Shown: positions 24,413 to 36,616, numbered from the whole stretch's first letter. The stretch: 60,924 bases of DNA, filler included, from Sphacelaria rigidula (GCA_964200075.2; 10 parts of 10 records of this genome joined end to end with filler, not necessarily neighbours in it), one strand, 5' to 3'. Notes: generated by a model not told the origin, from the letters alone. Translations and numbers: made by a program.

Positions 24413-24572
24413 CACGTCACACAAACCCAGTCGAGTATTTTGTTTACTCACGTTCTCACGCTTTCCACGGTGGAAATTACACATCACGAAGATATAACCC
24501 AACGTATCGGGAATCGAACCCCGTTCTCTCCACCCTAATGGCGAAATTCGGATCATTACACCACCGGGGCGC
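24413..24572 (-). mobile_element. tRNA-derived SINE-like element
   Basis: Minus strand GCGCCCCGGTGGTGTAATG (A-box-like)...GGGTTCGATTCCC (B-box), but no complete cloverleaf. A related copy at ~43143-43320 (+) shares CCATTAG, CGATTCCC and a TTCCAC..CGTGAG body. Confidence 0.55.
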
Positions 24573-24684
24573 AGCGGCAGTCAGAACAGTCACGCTTGCG
24601 ACAGCAACGGTACCACGGGACAAGAGGTACAGAGGGAAAACTGAAACACATCGAACATCGTACAACGTAACATTGATCGCTCAC

Positions 24685-24883
24685 ATGTGCCTGGAGTTGA
24701 TCCGCCTCGTTTTTGGTGCTGGCAGGGGGGGCAGGTGGCGCAGGGGGAGCAGGTGTCGAACCAGAGTCAAACCAGTTCGAGATCGCGGCTGTCTCCGTTG
24801 TGCCATTCGATTCCAAGTGGGTCTGCGGCGGCGCTCCAAACAGTGCGTGGGCATCTTTCGCTGTTGCAGAACTTGCTTCAAAC
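24685..24883 (-). CDS. Coiled-coil protein gene, Pro-rich exon
   Basis: CCGTCAG acceptor, GTGAGC donor, phase 2-0. Reads (R)FEASSATAKDAHALFGAPPQ...WFDSGSTPAPPAPPAPPASTKNEADQLQAH, in frame with the upstream exon. Confidence 0.78.
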
Positions 24884-25143
24884 CTGACGGAGCGTCAACG
24901 CAACACGGGATGAAAAATAAAACAGTGTCGCCGCGCTTCGTCTGCTGACAAGCATAGGTATTTCGATACGACCTGGTACACGAGTGATTGTGAATTTGCA
25001 CAGCACGTCATCAATTGTTGGCGGAGAACTTTCTGCTTGCACCTTCTCGCATCGAATGAGTCAACTCCATCCAAGCATTCTCAGATATTATTCACGGTAG
25101 GCCGTGGCGTGGCCGAACTATACAGTGCAATCGATTCCCTCAC

Positions 25144-25252
25144 CTGTGCATTGTCTCCACCGTAGGGGGTGGGGGCGGCGGTGGGGGTGGAGCCACACCC
25201 GCGGCGGCGGCAGGTGCTGCTTCACACGTACGCGCTACGGCAAGAGTCCTCG
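25144..25252 (-). CDS. Coiled-coil protein gene, polyproline exon
   Basis: ACGACAG acceptor, AG|GTGAGG donor, phase 1-2. Reads (A)RTLAVARTCEAAPAAAAGVAPPPPPPPPPTVETMH. Confidence 0.78.
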
Positions 25253-25462
25253 CTGTCGTGTCAGGAAGGAGGGGGAAGGGAAGTGCTCATGACATCATCG
25301 TTGAGGAGAAGTGACCCATATGGAGGTGCTGAACTGTATCTCAAAGATTGCCAGGAGAAAACCCAAATCATGAATGTGTATGAAATACTCATCATTTCAG
25401 AGCGAAGGACGGGTTCTTGTAATGGGTGGATTTGGATGCCTGAGTGCCAACCCAGCACTCAC

Positions 25463-26071
25463 CGTCAAGCTCCACCTTGGCCGCACGTAGTGCATTTTCC
25501 AGCTGACAGGCGTTGTCCTGTGCTTCTCTGAGGGCTGAGCGTTGCTTCTCGATAACGATTTCTTGTTTTCGCGTCGACTCCGCCGCCTCCCCAACTCGCC
25601 CTTCGAGGTCATGTAAACGCTCTCGTAGGCCACCTATTTCCTGACATGAAGCTCCACGGGCTTGCTCAGCAACGCCCTTCTCCAATATTGCCCGACGGGC
25701 AGCCTCCTGAGCATCCACAAGCAATTCTTGCGCTTTCCGTTGCGCCGCCTCTGCCACCATACGCGCATCGTCTGTGCGAGTTATCGTCTTACCCATCTCT
25801 TCGATGTATTCCTCTTTGGCAAAGAGAGCTTCCCGGAGAGCTTCAAGGTTGCCCTCCGCTTGAGCCTTCGCCTCGTGCGCCGCATCAGCGGATGCCTGCG
25901 CCCCCCTGCGAGCATCCTCGGACCTCGCCATAGCGTCTTGCGCCGACACGAGATCCGCGCGGGCATGGTCGATATCCTCGCGCAGACGGTCCGCCTGCAT
26001 TTTCGCATCCTGCGTTTCCTTCCAAGCTGCTTCGATCTGGCTCTCAGTCTGTCCAGCCGTAGCTTGACTCT
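25463..26071 (-). CDS. Coiled-coil protein gene, exon
   Basis: GATGCAG acceptor, G|GTGAGT donor, phase 1-1, 203 codons of Ala/Glu/Gln/Arg-rich heptad sequence beginning ESQATAG. Confidence 0.85.
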
Positions 26072-26285
26072 CTGCATCAACAAGCATACAATGAAGAGGG
26101 CCTGTGACACTACGAATACTCCCTGTCCAAACAACCTATACCAGCGGAGATTATGGCTCATCAACAAGTGGCCTCGATGCTTCCCAAGAGTGCCCAGCGG
26201 GAGGGTTTTCTCAAGCAAACAGCATATTACATATATCGTACAGGCAGTAGCTATGTCAACGTGTCAATGATGTGGGGCATCTCAC

Positions 26286-26507
26286 CTTGTAATTGCTCCC
26301 GAGTGATGTGGAGTTGTCCCTGCGCGGCATGCAATTGTTCCTGGATGGTGTGCACTTGTTCCTGGGCAGCGTACAGTTGTTCTTGAGTGGAGCGCAGTTG
26401 TCCCTGAGCGGTGTACAACTGTCTTTCTAGCTCCGCGACTTTGTCCCCCGACTCCCGCAAGGACGCTTCTTGTTTTGCAACACGTGTGCTAGCAGCAGCA
26501 TTACTCT
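26286..26507 (-). CDS. Coiled-coil protein gene, duplicated symmetric exon
   Basis: TTGCAG acceptor, G|GTGAGA donor, phase 1-1. ESNAAASTRVAKQEASLRESGDKVAELERQLYTAQGQL... followed by repeated 7-aa units. Confidence 0.85.
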
Positions 26508-26722
26508 CTGCAACAAGAAGACGATTTAAACGGCATAGGGCACCACGAAAACTGACCGTCAAGCAAGCTGTACCAGGGTAGAGAGACTTCACGAATCATC
26601 AAAACTTCGTCATTTGGACTTGTCAAAGTACGCAACAGGAGCGCTGCCGAACGGCATATTATCGTACGTTCATCGCACAAGCAGTAGCAGTGCTGTCAAG
26701 TTGAACATGTTGAGTATCTCAC

Positions 26723-26839
26723 CCTGCAATTGCTCCTGAGCAGCATACAGTTGTCTCTCCAACTCCGCGATCTTCTCCCCCGCCTCCCGCAAGGATGCTT
26801 CTTGTTCTGCAAAACGTGTGCTAGCAGCAGCTTGACTCT
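26723..26839 (-). CDS. Coiled-coil protein gene, duplicated symmetric exon
   Basis: CTGCAG acceptor, G|GTGAGA donor, phase 1-1. ESQAAASTRFAEQEASLREAGEKIAELERQLYAAQEQLQ. Confidence 0.85.
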
Positions 26840-27039
26840 CTGCAGCAGGACGACGATTGAGAGGGCATGACGAAAATTCCCGTCACACAACCTGGACCAG
26901 AGGAGACTGTCTAATCGAAAAGTGACCGTACGTATGCCGTGAAGTACCCTGACGGAGCGTTTCCTCCACTCAACAGTACATGGCATCCATCGTGCAAGCG
27001 CTAGCAGTGTTACAACGCCAAAAATATAGGTCACCTCAC

Positions 27040-27883
27040 CATGCAATTCCTCCTGCGTGGTGTGCAGCTGTCCCTGGGAAGCGTGGAGGCGTGCTTCTAA
27101 CTCCGCCACTTTGTCCCCTGTCTCCCGCAAGGACACTCCTTGCCTTGAAACAAGTGTCTCTGCATCCGCCAAGCTTTCAGCTGACTCGCGCAAGGCCTCC
27201 TGCTTTGCAGTCACTGCTGCTTCCAGTTCAATGATCCTAGCACTCGCCGCGTTCGCCTCTCCCTGGAAGGCTTCAATGCTAGTTGTGAGCTCTGCAACTC
27301 GTTGTATGGACAAGTCGAGGTCACCACCGAGACGAGAGTTTTGACCTTGTGTATCCTCAACAAGCTTCTCCAGCGCGACCAGTCGTTCTGATGCCTGCTG
27401 GTGGCCACTCTGAGCAAGAGTCTTCGTTTCACGACACCGGTGGAGATCCTCTTGGCATGCCTCAAATGCGGACGTCACGTTAGCGAGGTTTATACGCAAG
27501 TCGTCTTTTTCCTCCTGGACAAGCTGCAAGCTGTGCTCAATGCGTTCAAGGCTCGCGTCTGCGTCACGCGCGCCGTCGACCGCAACCAGTCTCGCTTCCT
27601 CCGCCGCTTTGGCCTTGGACTCCGCCTCTGCACACGCTTGATTCAAGTGTGCCATTCTTTCCACTGCCTGCCGTAACTCCTCTGCCTGCTCGGAAGCTGA
27701 TTTGCGCAGCTCGTCTTGAACAGATTGACTCACAGCGTTGTGAGCGGCAGCCTCCTGTTTCAATGCTGATACTTGTGCCTCTAGGTCACGCCGTACTTGA
27801 TTCTCTTTGAACTCGGCTTCCCGCAACTTTTGCTCAGTCGCGTCACGCTCGCCGATGCACTCTGCGAGAGCAGTCTCCAACTC
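27040..27883 (-). CDS. Coiled-coil protein gene, large exon
   Basis: GTCCAG acceptor, G|GTGAGG donor, phase 0-1, 281 codons of continuous helical heptad sequence (ELETALAECIGERDATEQKLREAE...). Confidence 0.88.
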
Positions 27884-28095
27884 CTGGACCGCGCATGAGT
27901 GCAGCTGGAAGTTAGTAGGAACATATGGGATAACCGCTCACCACGGTTACTGATAATTTAAAACTGTTTGAGACGTGGATCGAGTGCAAATCGTTGAGGT
28001 AAATTTCGATAGCAAAAGATTCTGAGGTCCAGGTACCTGAACATTATCCCACACAGAACAATCCCTACAGTTGTCCTCCACAATAAATTCCGCAC

Positions 28096-28224
28096 CATCG
28101 TTGAAGTCTTGAGTTTTTGAAGCTGAGCAAGAATCGTAGCGTGCTGACGGTGTTCATCCACCTCCTCTTCTCCCGCTTCGGTGAAATCAGGTGACACCTT
28201 AGCGTACAGTTCGTCAAGTCTTCC
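28096..28224 (-). CDS. Coiled-coil protein gene, probable exon (5' boundary uncertain)
   Basis: GRLDELYAKVSPDFTEAGEEEVDEHRQHATILAQLQKLKTSTM ends at a GTGCGG donor in phase 0, compatible with the 27883 exon. No canonical AG at the expected acceptor (reads CTGCGG). Confidence 0.5.
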
Positions 28225-28519
28225 CGCAGAGCACGATGTTGAACGTATGGAGGATACGGGTGCGACATGAAAGTGAGGGCTATTAGTATAATGCGAGGTG
28301 CTAGAACAGCTCTCGACAACGTCATCATGAGGTTATTGAATCCATCCATATCTGGAAAAATTGAGTCTCGAGAAGAGTATTGTATACAAGCGAGGCTGAA
28401 ATTCACCACTCGTGAGAATCAGAACGTCGTAGACGCGGGGTTGTCATTTCCCGGCGACCGGCTGACAATCCCCACCCAAAATCAGCCAGGATTGTCTACT
28501 CTTCAGCATCCAACGTCAC

Positions 28520-28587
28520 CTCTTCTTGCAGACGCTGTAGGACGCGGTGGAAACCTCTAACCTAGCTTCCGCTTCGTCGACCTTGTC
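28520..28587 (-). CDS. Coiled-coil protein gene, probable short exon (3' boundary uncertain)
   Basis: TTTCAG acceptor followed by DKVDEAEAR... Two candidate donors (GTTAGA near 28561, GTGACG at 28519); frame continuity to the next exon is not resolved. Confidence 0.45.
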
Positions 28588-29681
28588 CTGAAAAAGCGTG
28601 TACGTCTCGCCCTGTGAACCAACAACGACATGACATGAACGGCCTGGGTTAGTATAGCGCTTCGTAATGAGCAACTCGCAAATGCTGACAAAAATACTGC
28701 ATGGTCTCATGATCGGACGACTCGAAAGTCCACGCTAACAGTCGCCGTGGCATTCTTTGTAAGTGCATATACAACCAAGAGACGGTGTAGTACAGTTTTA
28801 AGGAGCACAGCAGGGAACTACGAGTGACGTTATCCAACGAACTCCTCGACTACCAGACTGAACCTCCTGTTGAATGAGCATTTATTCTTGAAAAATTAAA
28901 GTAGAACCAGATGGCCTACCCTTCAGCTCAAAGGATTGGCACATAATACTGGCGGTGAGGTGTATATGCTGCGCACAGCGTCAATAACCAACGATGGACA
29001 ATAATGCGTAGCTCAGACTTGGGGGGTCAGTTGAAGTGCAACAATTAACCAATCAATCAAATCAGACCGCTCCATGGTATACAGGGCGGTTATGACCACC
29101 ACATGAGCTGTGATGCTTTTTCAACTCGTGGCGTGGTTGACCCCGTCGGTCATAGTCTCAGATTTCGGGACGATTGGCAGACTTGCGCATACACGGTCAA
29201 GCTGCCAATATCTATTCAAGTCGACAGGGCAAAAACTCTCTACAACTGCGTCCTTCGCGATCTTACACTCCAGCTCCTGCATGTGCCTACATCAGCCTAA
29301 ATTAGGTAGTCTCACCGACTCCAAGCGTTACGGCAATGGCCGACGCATATTTTTCGGTGGGACCATCAGCTTCACAACTAAAACCTAGCGCGCGATCTTA
29401 TAGCTATTGCGCTATGTAAAATCTACAGGTCACTCCGCTCTGCTCAAATCACCAAAACGATCGTCGTTCGCAGTGTCAGCATCACGTGGTCAACTAGCTG
29501 GTCTTTAGCACATGCAACGGCGGCGTTTCGATAGAAGATTAGATAAACGACTAGATAGACGGCCGCACACGAGGAGCGGGGCATAGCCAGCTGTGCCACG
29601 CGCTGTGTCGACAGGAACTACGTTGGCGTACGCATACCAGTCGTCGCGGGGGCCAGTCGTTCAACGCAACAAAAAACTTGC

Positions 29682-29825
29682 CTTTTTGATGACTTCCAAC
29701 TGACTCTCAAGCTCCCTGGCAAGGGAGTACCAGCGACCCTCATCATCAGCCAGCTTGTCGTTCGATTTCGTCAGCTGGTCCCGTTGATCTTCCAACCCTC
29801 TGTTGGCAGCCTTCAAGTTATCAAC
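29682..29825 (-). CDS. Coiled-coil protein gene, upstream exon with GC donor
   Basis: TTGCCAG acceptor; 48 codons VDNLKAANRGLEDQRDQLTKSNDKLADDEGRWYSLARELESQLEVIKK; ends AAG|GCAAGT. Confidence 0.72.
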
Positions 29826-30236
29826 CTGGCAAGTTGGTAGTTTGTTGTGTTGAGCATTTATCGTGCGATAGTAATGTATTTGTCTGTGCCATATCTGTTG
29901 AGCGAGGCACTTGAAACGCGCTGATGAGATTGGTAGTGACACCGGACAATCTAATACCCTGCGTGCACACAGAAAGTACACGAATTATTTCCACGGTTCG
30001 AGGGGCCTCTTTCGTTTTGCTCGGTTTTGACGTCATCATCAGCCACATATTTGATATACGACTCGTGAAATAGAACAAAAAACTTGATGGATTTGGGTTT
30101 GGGAAAGGGGATACATGATTGAGAAGTCACGATTCGGCAGGGGCGGAGAGAATCCGTGGTTCACCATATTGTCCATCCTATTTGACTGATTCCTGTTGGG
30201 GACTATTTTTTCCAATACTTGATCCGTACAGGCTTT

Positions 30237-30414
30237 CGAGCCTACGTCTGTGACCACGGGTTCGAGAGATCGGACTGATGTCCGGAAATAATAATAATGG
30301 TAGTTTTAATAATAATAATGGTAGTTTTAATAATAATAATGGTAGTTTTAATAATAATATTAATAATAATAATAATTTTATTAATATTATTAATAATAAT
30401 AATAATAATAATAA
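30237..30414 (+). mobile_element. 3' end of a non-LTR retroelement with an expanded (AAT)n tail
   Basis: GAGCCTACGTCTGTGACCACGGGTTCGAGAGATCGGACTGATGTCCGGAAATAATAAT. Reverse copies at ~22238-22298, ~48647-48720 and ~49511-49555, each abutting ATT repeats. Confidence 0.65.
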
Positions 30415-33400
30415 NNNNNNNNNNNNNNNNNNNNNNNNNNNNNNNNNNNNNNNNNNNNTTAATTAATTAANNNNNNNNNNNNNNNNNNNNNNNNNNNNNN
30501 NNNNNNNNNNNNNNCGATGAACTCCGATTCCGGCAAAGCTTACACACGTCTATGTACAATACACGAGCACATGGGAGCGACAGCCTGTAGCCAAAGTAAC
30601 AACATTATCTCACGCCTCGCCAAATTTGCCCGGACTACTAGTGGTCGATAGTCGAGGCACACAACACGGAACATGATCCCATAAACGTAATCACGGTAGG
30701 TAATGAGCTTGGAGGGGCGGTGTGTCCGTCATCTCAGCGGTTTCCATTCCAAGAATTTCTGTACACGGCATCTGACCGCATCCGCCAACGCCTCGGCAAT
30801 AAATAAGGGGACAGCAGGCTGGGTGTCCGCCCCCCACCCTCACCCCCCCACACCCGCGAAAAGTCGAATATTCGATCTTGGGGCCTACGAGTCCCGACAT
30901 ATATATTTTGACAGACCCTTGGGCGGGTGTACAAGGAAAACCTCCTCTACGGCATGAACATTCATTACGGGTGCTCGTTTGGCCTCGTGATGTGCCATAC
31001 GTACATGAAAAAAATGGGACGTGGACGCCCACCCGGAGCATATCACCTAGCGTGACGGGGCTGTCCGATCCGCGTGTTGTTTAGATACTGCCAGACCTAA
31101 AACCAACCTTAAACTTTACCGGTGTTCCTAGCCATGACGGAAACCGATTAAACACCTTGACGGCCGTCGACCAAACGTCTGGGTTAGCGTGTGCTGTGAG
31201 AGCGCCACGCAATATGCGCATGTGGACTAGCGTGCCCTGATGGGACACAGTGCAGTGTAGGCTGGTGAATCGTACATGTGCACTGGCGTGGGCATATAGA
31301 GGTTTCTGCCGTGTGCACAAGCAGTACATAAACTTCGGTTTGCGCACGGGGGGTAAACGCCGTGCTGCACCCCAAATGAGTGCAGGGTCCTAACTGTATG
31401 TCTGGTCCCACATGTTTTTGAGACCACAGATAGAGGTGAGGCCTCACATGGAAGTCGAAGATGGAGCTGGAAAAAATGGACAGATATATCTCAGGAATAT
31501 CTTCATACTTCGGGTGGGAATTTCACGATGGCCGTACACTATTGCTGGAGTTTGGTTGATATCCTCTGATCGCAACACACGAGAAATGGGTTTTGACGCA
31601 TTATGCTGTTTCAGGGATAACACAAACATCTGAAGACGGACAAGGGCCTATATCGTCATAGGGTGATGTGCAGGGCATGCGAAACTAAAGCGAAAGTCTT
31701 GGGTCATAGACATAGGTTCCACACCTATTCACCTAAGGATCGCAGCACAACTTGGGCGCACCTTGAAAGCGTCTACATTAGACTTCGAAACCCCCCCTCC
31801 GCTCAACGGTGTCCATCAAGGCCTACAAGTGTGGCCTTCGCCCATCCTCCACCAGATCGTTGGTGTGGGAAAAGGCACTCGCTTTCGATAGAGTCACTCT
31901 TTTGGTGAAAATAACCGTCTCGAGACTTCGGTGAATCCCGTGAACCTTACACGAAGTTTGGCCGGCACCATGTCTGCTTTTCAACGGCGAGTAGTTACTG
32001 CTTGATGCATTCTCAGCGGCAGATAAACCGCAGTGGAGGATGGACCCTTGAAATGTGTAGTGATCGACCTGTTTTTCTGTTTCTCAGATCGTTGGACATG
32101 AAGTGCACGGCTACGGATGCAGTCGTGATTACAAGAGAGACGTAGGTGAGGTAAATGAACGGCGAAACCTGCCGCAGAAAAACTCGAGAAAGGGGAGCAC
32201 AGAAACAAACGAGAGAGTATTGCAAGGTAGAAACAAACCAAAACAGCATAATACGGAGAGTAAGGGGGAAGAGAAAGGAAAGCAAAGGTAAGGCTAAATG
32301 TACCAGGTTGCTGGGTCCTATAAACAATCTCTAGAAAAGGAAAAATACAGCAGACCTCTGCCGCATGGTACTCGGAAGGGTGACTATGAGTTAACAAACT
32401 GCAACAAAACCCGAACAGGACCGTCCAAGCAGGTTGTGACGTAGCTATCTGGGGAGCACACCGATCGGAGACGAACGCTTACCCGCGATTGTTGCAATAA
32501 TGAGATGCAAGTACCGTTGTAAGCCGAGAAAAAGCAAAGAGAAATCAAGAACACAAATCTAATAGGATAGATCAAGACACCGTGAAACGAAACAACACCT
32601 ACAGTGACGAAGGGAGGAGAGAAGGACAAGAGAAGGGCAAGGAGAGACAACGGAAACACATCGGATTTACGTGGGGAAATGAGACAGAGAGTAAGAGGAC
32701 TTCGAGGCAGCACAATATATGTGCAGGAACACAGCTGGGGAACATCGCTAGAGTTGCAAGCCAGGGATTATTTGCACTTCGATAGAAACGGTCTTCTCGT
32801 GAAATCCACACTATGCGCAGATGTCACACCTACGTGAGGATGTACCAGCCCCTGAACTTGTTCCGAAGTATATCAAACTAGTTGCTAACTGGTTCAAAAT
32901 GAAAAAGCCGCGCATCTACGTTTCGTTTTTGTTTTCCCTTACCTTACGAGATACCACCCTCTCTAGAGACCGGTACGTTGTTGGTGTAAACAATAAACAA
33001 TGTCTGCAATATAGGAATACTACATGCGCGGGACCGAGGAGTGCTATACTCTCAACGGAAGACTATTCAAGGCCAATAAGCCCCACGCGAGTGGACGCGG
33101 GCATCAACGCACTGCGAATACAAGAGGAGATACGCCATGTTAATGGTTTCCTCGTGGAGTCATAGGTGCTTGCAGGTCCCAGGCTCAATCATAGATTATG
33201 CTCTAATGCTATATTTAATCTGCTTCTAGTACGCCATTTCAGAAGCAGCGATCACCGCAATTTTCTCCCATGCTACTTTTTTCACGGTTGTTGGGTGTAA
33301 ATATTTCATCACGGCAGGTGACAACGGTGTCCTGCTATGTCGATGGATACCGCATGACACAGCAAAAGTGGAACGATGGGCCTACCACAATCTCCTCAAA

Positions 33401-33914
33401 ATACAATCACGTTCAATGGCGTTCAATCTTTTTGCCACAATATGACCGAATGAAACCAATGATGTATCCATGACGGACGGCATGGACTGCGCAAATTCTA
33501 TCCCTTGCCACCCATGCTCCGTCTCGAAAGGGATGCGTGGTCAATGGTTGACTGACTAAGGCGAGCAACGAATGAGTACGCCCCCTTAGGACAAAGCACT
33601 ACCCCCTTTGCAGGAACGCCATTTGGCGATGCAACTGCCGCGACTGTTGCCAAGATGGGCCGCGTACGCGTAGATCACTGCACGTGGTCTGTGCTCACTG
33701 CATGTTCGGTCGTCGTGAGCTTGATGTTGCACCATTTGGAAAACACGATCACGTTGGGAACGGTTTTGCATTTGCTACAAGCCGATGTGCGGAGTTGAGC
33801 TTGGTGAGCTGTGATAGACAGCTGGGCGTATTCGTAACAATCTTCCCGTCACTTCTGCCGAAACCCGTCGTGCTGCGCGGTCCCCGTCGACTTGCTGGTC
33901 TTTTCGTCCCTCAG

Positions 33915-33965
33915 GAGGCAAAGATGGACTTGCTCGTGCCTTGCAGCTCTGGCGGAAAGTATCAG
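33915..33965 (+). CDS. CYP74-clan-like cytochrome P450, internal exon
   Basis: CCCTCAG acceptor, CAG|GTGAGA donor, phase 0-0. EAKMDLLVPCSSGGKYQ resembles CYP74 xAKxDxVIESHDxxFE and joins the 35075 exon in frame. Confidence 0.75.
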
Positions 33966-35074
33966 GTGAGAGTGGCTGCATTCAAATCTACCGTAAAAAT
34001 GGACCGTAATAACATGGGATTCGACTCGTCGGGAACTGCAACGCATCTCGGAGAGTGTCACCTTCTTGGCCCGCTGTCCTTGTCCGTCACCCCTCCCCCG
34101 CCCCCCCCGCGCGCGCTAGCTACTGCATTGTCGGTGCGTCCTGCGTCGTGGGGCCGCGGTCGATGAAAGTATGTCAACATGGCATTCGTGTCAACTTCGG
34201 GTGTTTTAACACATCAAACTGCCTGGGTACAAACCACTCGGTGAATGCGACACAGCATCAATGCAGCTAACTGGTTCGCGTAGACTTGATACGTTCGTAT
34301 GGAGCGCCACAGCTTAACGAATTCGTGAAGCACAAGTACGGCGCACCGCACCCTCTTGAATATCATGTCCCTATAACAGGAAGTATGCTGACACATTTCA
34401 AATTAGTCGGCTGTGATAAACGTCCAGAAGTAGAGCGAAGTTGAAGCGGAACAAGCGGTGTATCCGCACTTGTGGAGTGGGCTACAGATGGTCGCCACAT
34501 TGGCGGAATAAAACATGTCCATTGACGTACATTCCCCGCAGTCTCGGGTAACACTCGGGATTACGAGAGGGTCGACGTCCGCACCAAATACCCAAGAACA
34601 AAGTGATGACGGCGCGATCCTTGTAGCTCACACGTCTATGTATAGAGCATAATAATGCCGTACATACATACCTAGATCTTTAACGTTCCACCTGTTTTGC
34701 AGAAGTTCTGGTTTCTCCCCTGTCGACATGTGCGATGTACTTCTCTTGTCGATGCCTCACCGCGCCTGTGTTTGCGGTATCTGGCGGTCGCAGGGCAGGT
34801 GTGTCTACCTGCTGAAGGATCTCGCGGACGTCTCCAGTCATAGCGTTCTGAAAAGTAAAAACATGCATAACAGAGCTCCTGCTCCGAATGGAATATGCTT
34901 GAAACTGGCGGTAACTCAGCACGACCCCCTCCTCACCCCCCTCCTCTCTACCATCACCCTCAAGATGAATCACAGTAGTTCGCGCTCAAGTTGCAATATT
35001 GATTTCGATAGCGACTTGTCGCGCCAATGCTGGCGTATCATTTTTGTTTCCCACGAAATCGTCAAAATCTTCAG

Positions 35075-35200
35075 GTCAGGAAGGGCGACATGCTTTGCTG
35101 CCACCAGGACTTGGCTCAGATCGACCCCGCTGCTTTCGGCCCCGACGCGAGGGAGTTCAAGCCCAAGCGCTTCCTAGGAAACCCCGGCCTTAAGAAGCAG
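35075..35200 (+). CDS. CYP74-clan-like cytochrome P450, exon with the PERF-equivalent region
   Basis: CTTCAG acceptor, CAG|GTGAAA donor. VRKGDMLCCHQDLAQIDPAAFGPDAREFKPKRFLGNPGLKKQ matches VKKGEMLxGYQxxAxxDPxxFxxxEEFxPxRF. Confidence 0.88.
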
Positions 35201-36162
35201 GTGAAAAGTTGACATGGACAAAGTGATTTCTTTTCAAGTCGTTTCTATCATGCGTGTTGAAGGCACTCGTTCACGTTGTGCTTGCGTGTCTTACAATCCG
35301 TATCACAAGCCCCACGACGTCTGTAGTCTGAGGCCACATCCTACGGAGACTGAGATTGCATTCTCGCGTGCCTGAAATTTTCGACAGCCGTTCTGACTCC
35401 CAAGCAGGAGATATCGTCGTCATCTATCCTGAGCAGTATGTCTCTCTATCATGAAGATATGTTGAGTCCGCGTATCCTCCCCGCTGGGCTCCTCCGTTTC
35501 GTAATCGGTCACCCGTGAAGACATGAACGCGTAACTGGGGAGGGTGAAGGGGGGGTCCGAATCTGGTAGAGGTCCCTACAAAACAGCAAAGTTATCCGTC
35601 TCCATTTAGATCTCAGGCACGTAGCAAAGAGCCCAGTGAGTAAGGCTTCACTAGTCGCAGTGAGGTGGTGTATGCTACCCAAGGCACGAATCAGTAATCT
35701 TCCGTAGTTAGAAAGCCAGACCCGCTGTCAAAGGCCTGAAAGCTCGGACGTTTTCCCACCAAAATGAAGACTTCGGGAACCTGAGGCAGTACTTGACCAG
35801 GATATCCTGGGGTTATGCAGGCCGACTCTTTTACGACATTCATTTTCAGCCATCCGCTAGTCCCGTGTCGTTCGTTGCCGATATCGGAGATCTCGACAAT
35901 GTCAACGGGTCGGAGCAGAGCATGAGGTACGTACCGTCAAAACCAAACAGAGATGAACTGCGAACAAAACTCATTTGGCGTGAGTGCTTTGTATGCGTCT
36001 ACTTTAATTAATGCAGACGTTTATGGTCACGGTGCTTTGCATGGCACCTTCCCATCCCATCTCCCCAAACCACTCGGCTAGGTGCAGAAGTTGCAGAAGT
36101 ACACTTACAATCATGAGCCCACGTGTACATTGCGCGCGGGCATTACTGCTCATACATCACAG

Positions 36163-36281
36163 GTGTTCAAATTCGGGTACAGCGATGCAGCGAACCCTGT
36201 GCGCACCGAGGGCAAGCCGTGGGGTTGTGCGGCGCACTCACTGGGAGTGCTTGACGGGATCCTCAAATATTTCTACGCGAG
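36163..36281 (+). CDS. CYP74-clan-like cytochrome P450, heme-binding exon
   Basis: ATCACAG acceptor, AG|GTGAGG donor. VFKFGYSDAANPVRTEGKPWGCAAHSLGVLDGILKYFYAR has the candidate heme Cys after an extended loop instead of canonical FxxGxRxCxG. Confidence 0.82.
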
Positions 36282-36616
36282 GTGAGGAACGAGCACTTCG
36301 CGGCATTCCCGACGGTGTAGTTATAATACTTGACCATTGAAGATCAGATCGGGATATACTAATCACGTAGCTAGAACAAAAAAATATTTTGTTATTCTTC
36401 GACTTCAAATTGACGAGGGCATGTGTATCCAGTCAATGGATTCCGAAGAAACGTTTTCCCCCCTCTTGCTCCGTCTCGAAAGGGATGCGTGGTCAATGGT
36501 CAAATGACTAAGGCAANNNNNNNNNNNNNNNNNNNNNNNNNNNNNNNNNNNNNNNNNNNNTTAATTAATTAANNNNNNNNNNNNNNNNNNNNNNNNNNNN
36601 NNNNNNNNNNNNNNNN

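Noticed and set aside
25646..27676. Plus-strand ORFs over the coiled-coil gene (also 55927-56553 over lhcf)
   Set aside because: Antisense shadows of GC-rich coding exons on the minus strand.
33100..33170. RIQEEIRHVNGFLVES as a P450 K-helix exon upstream of the CYP exons
   Set aside because: An in-frame TAG follows ES, there is no intact ExxR, and no convincing acceptor.
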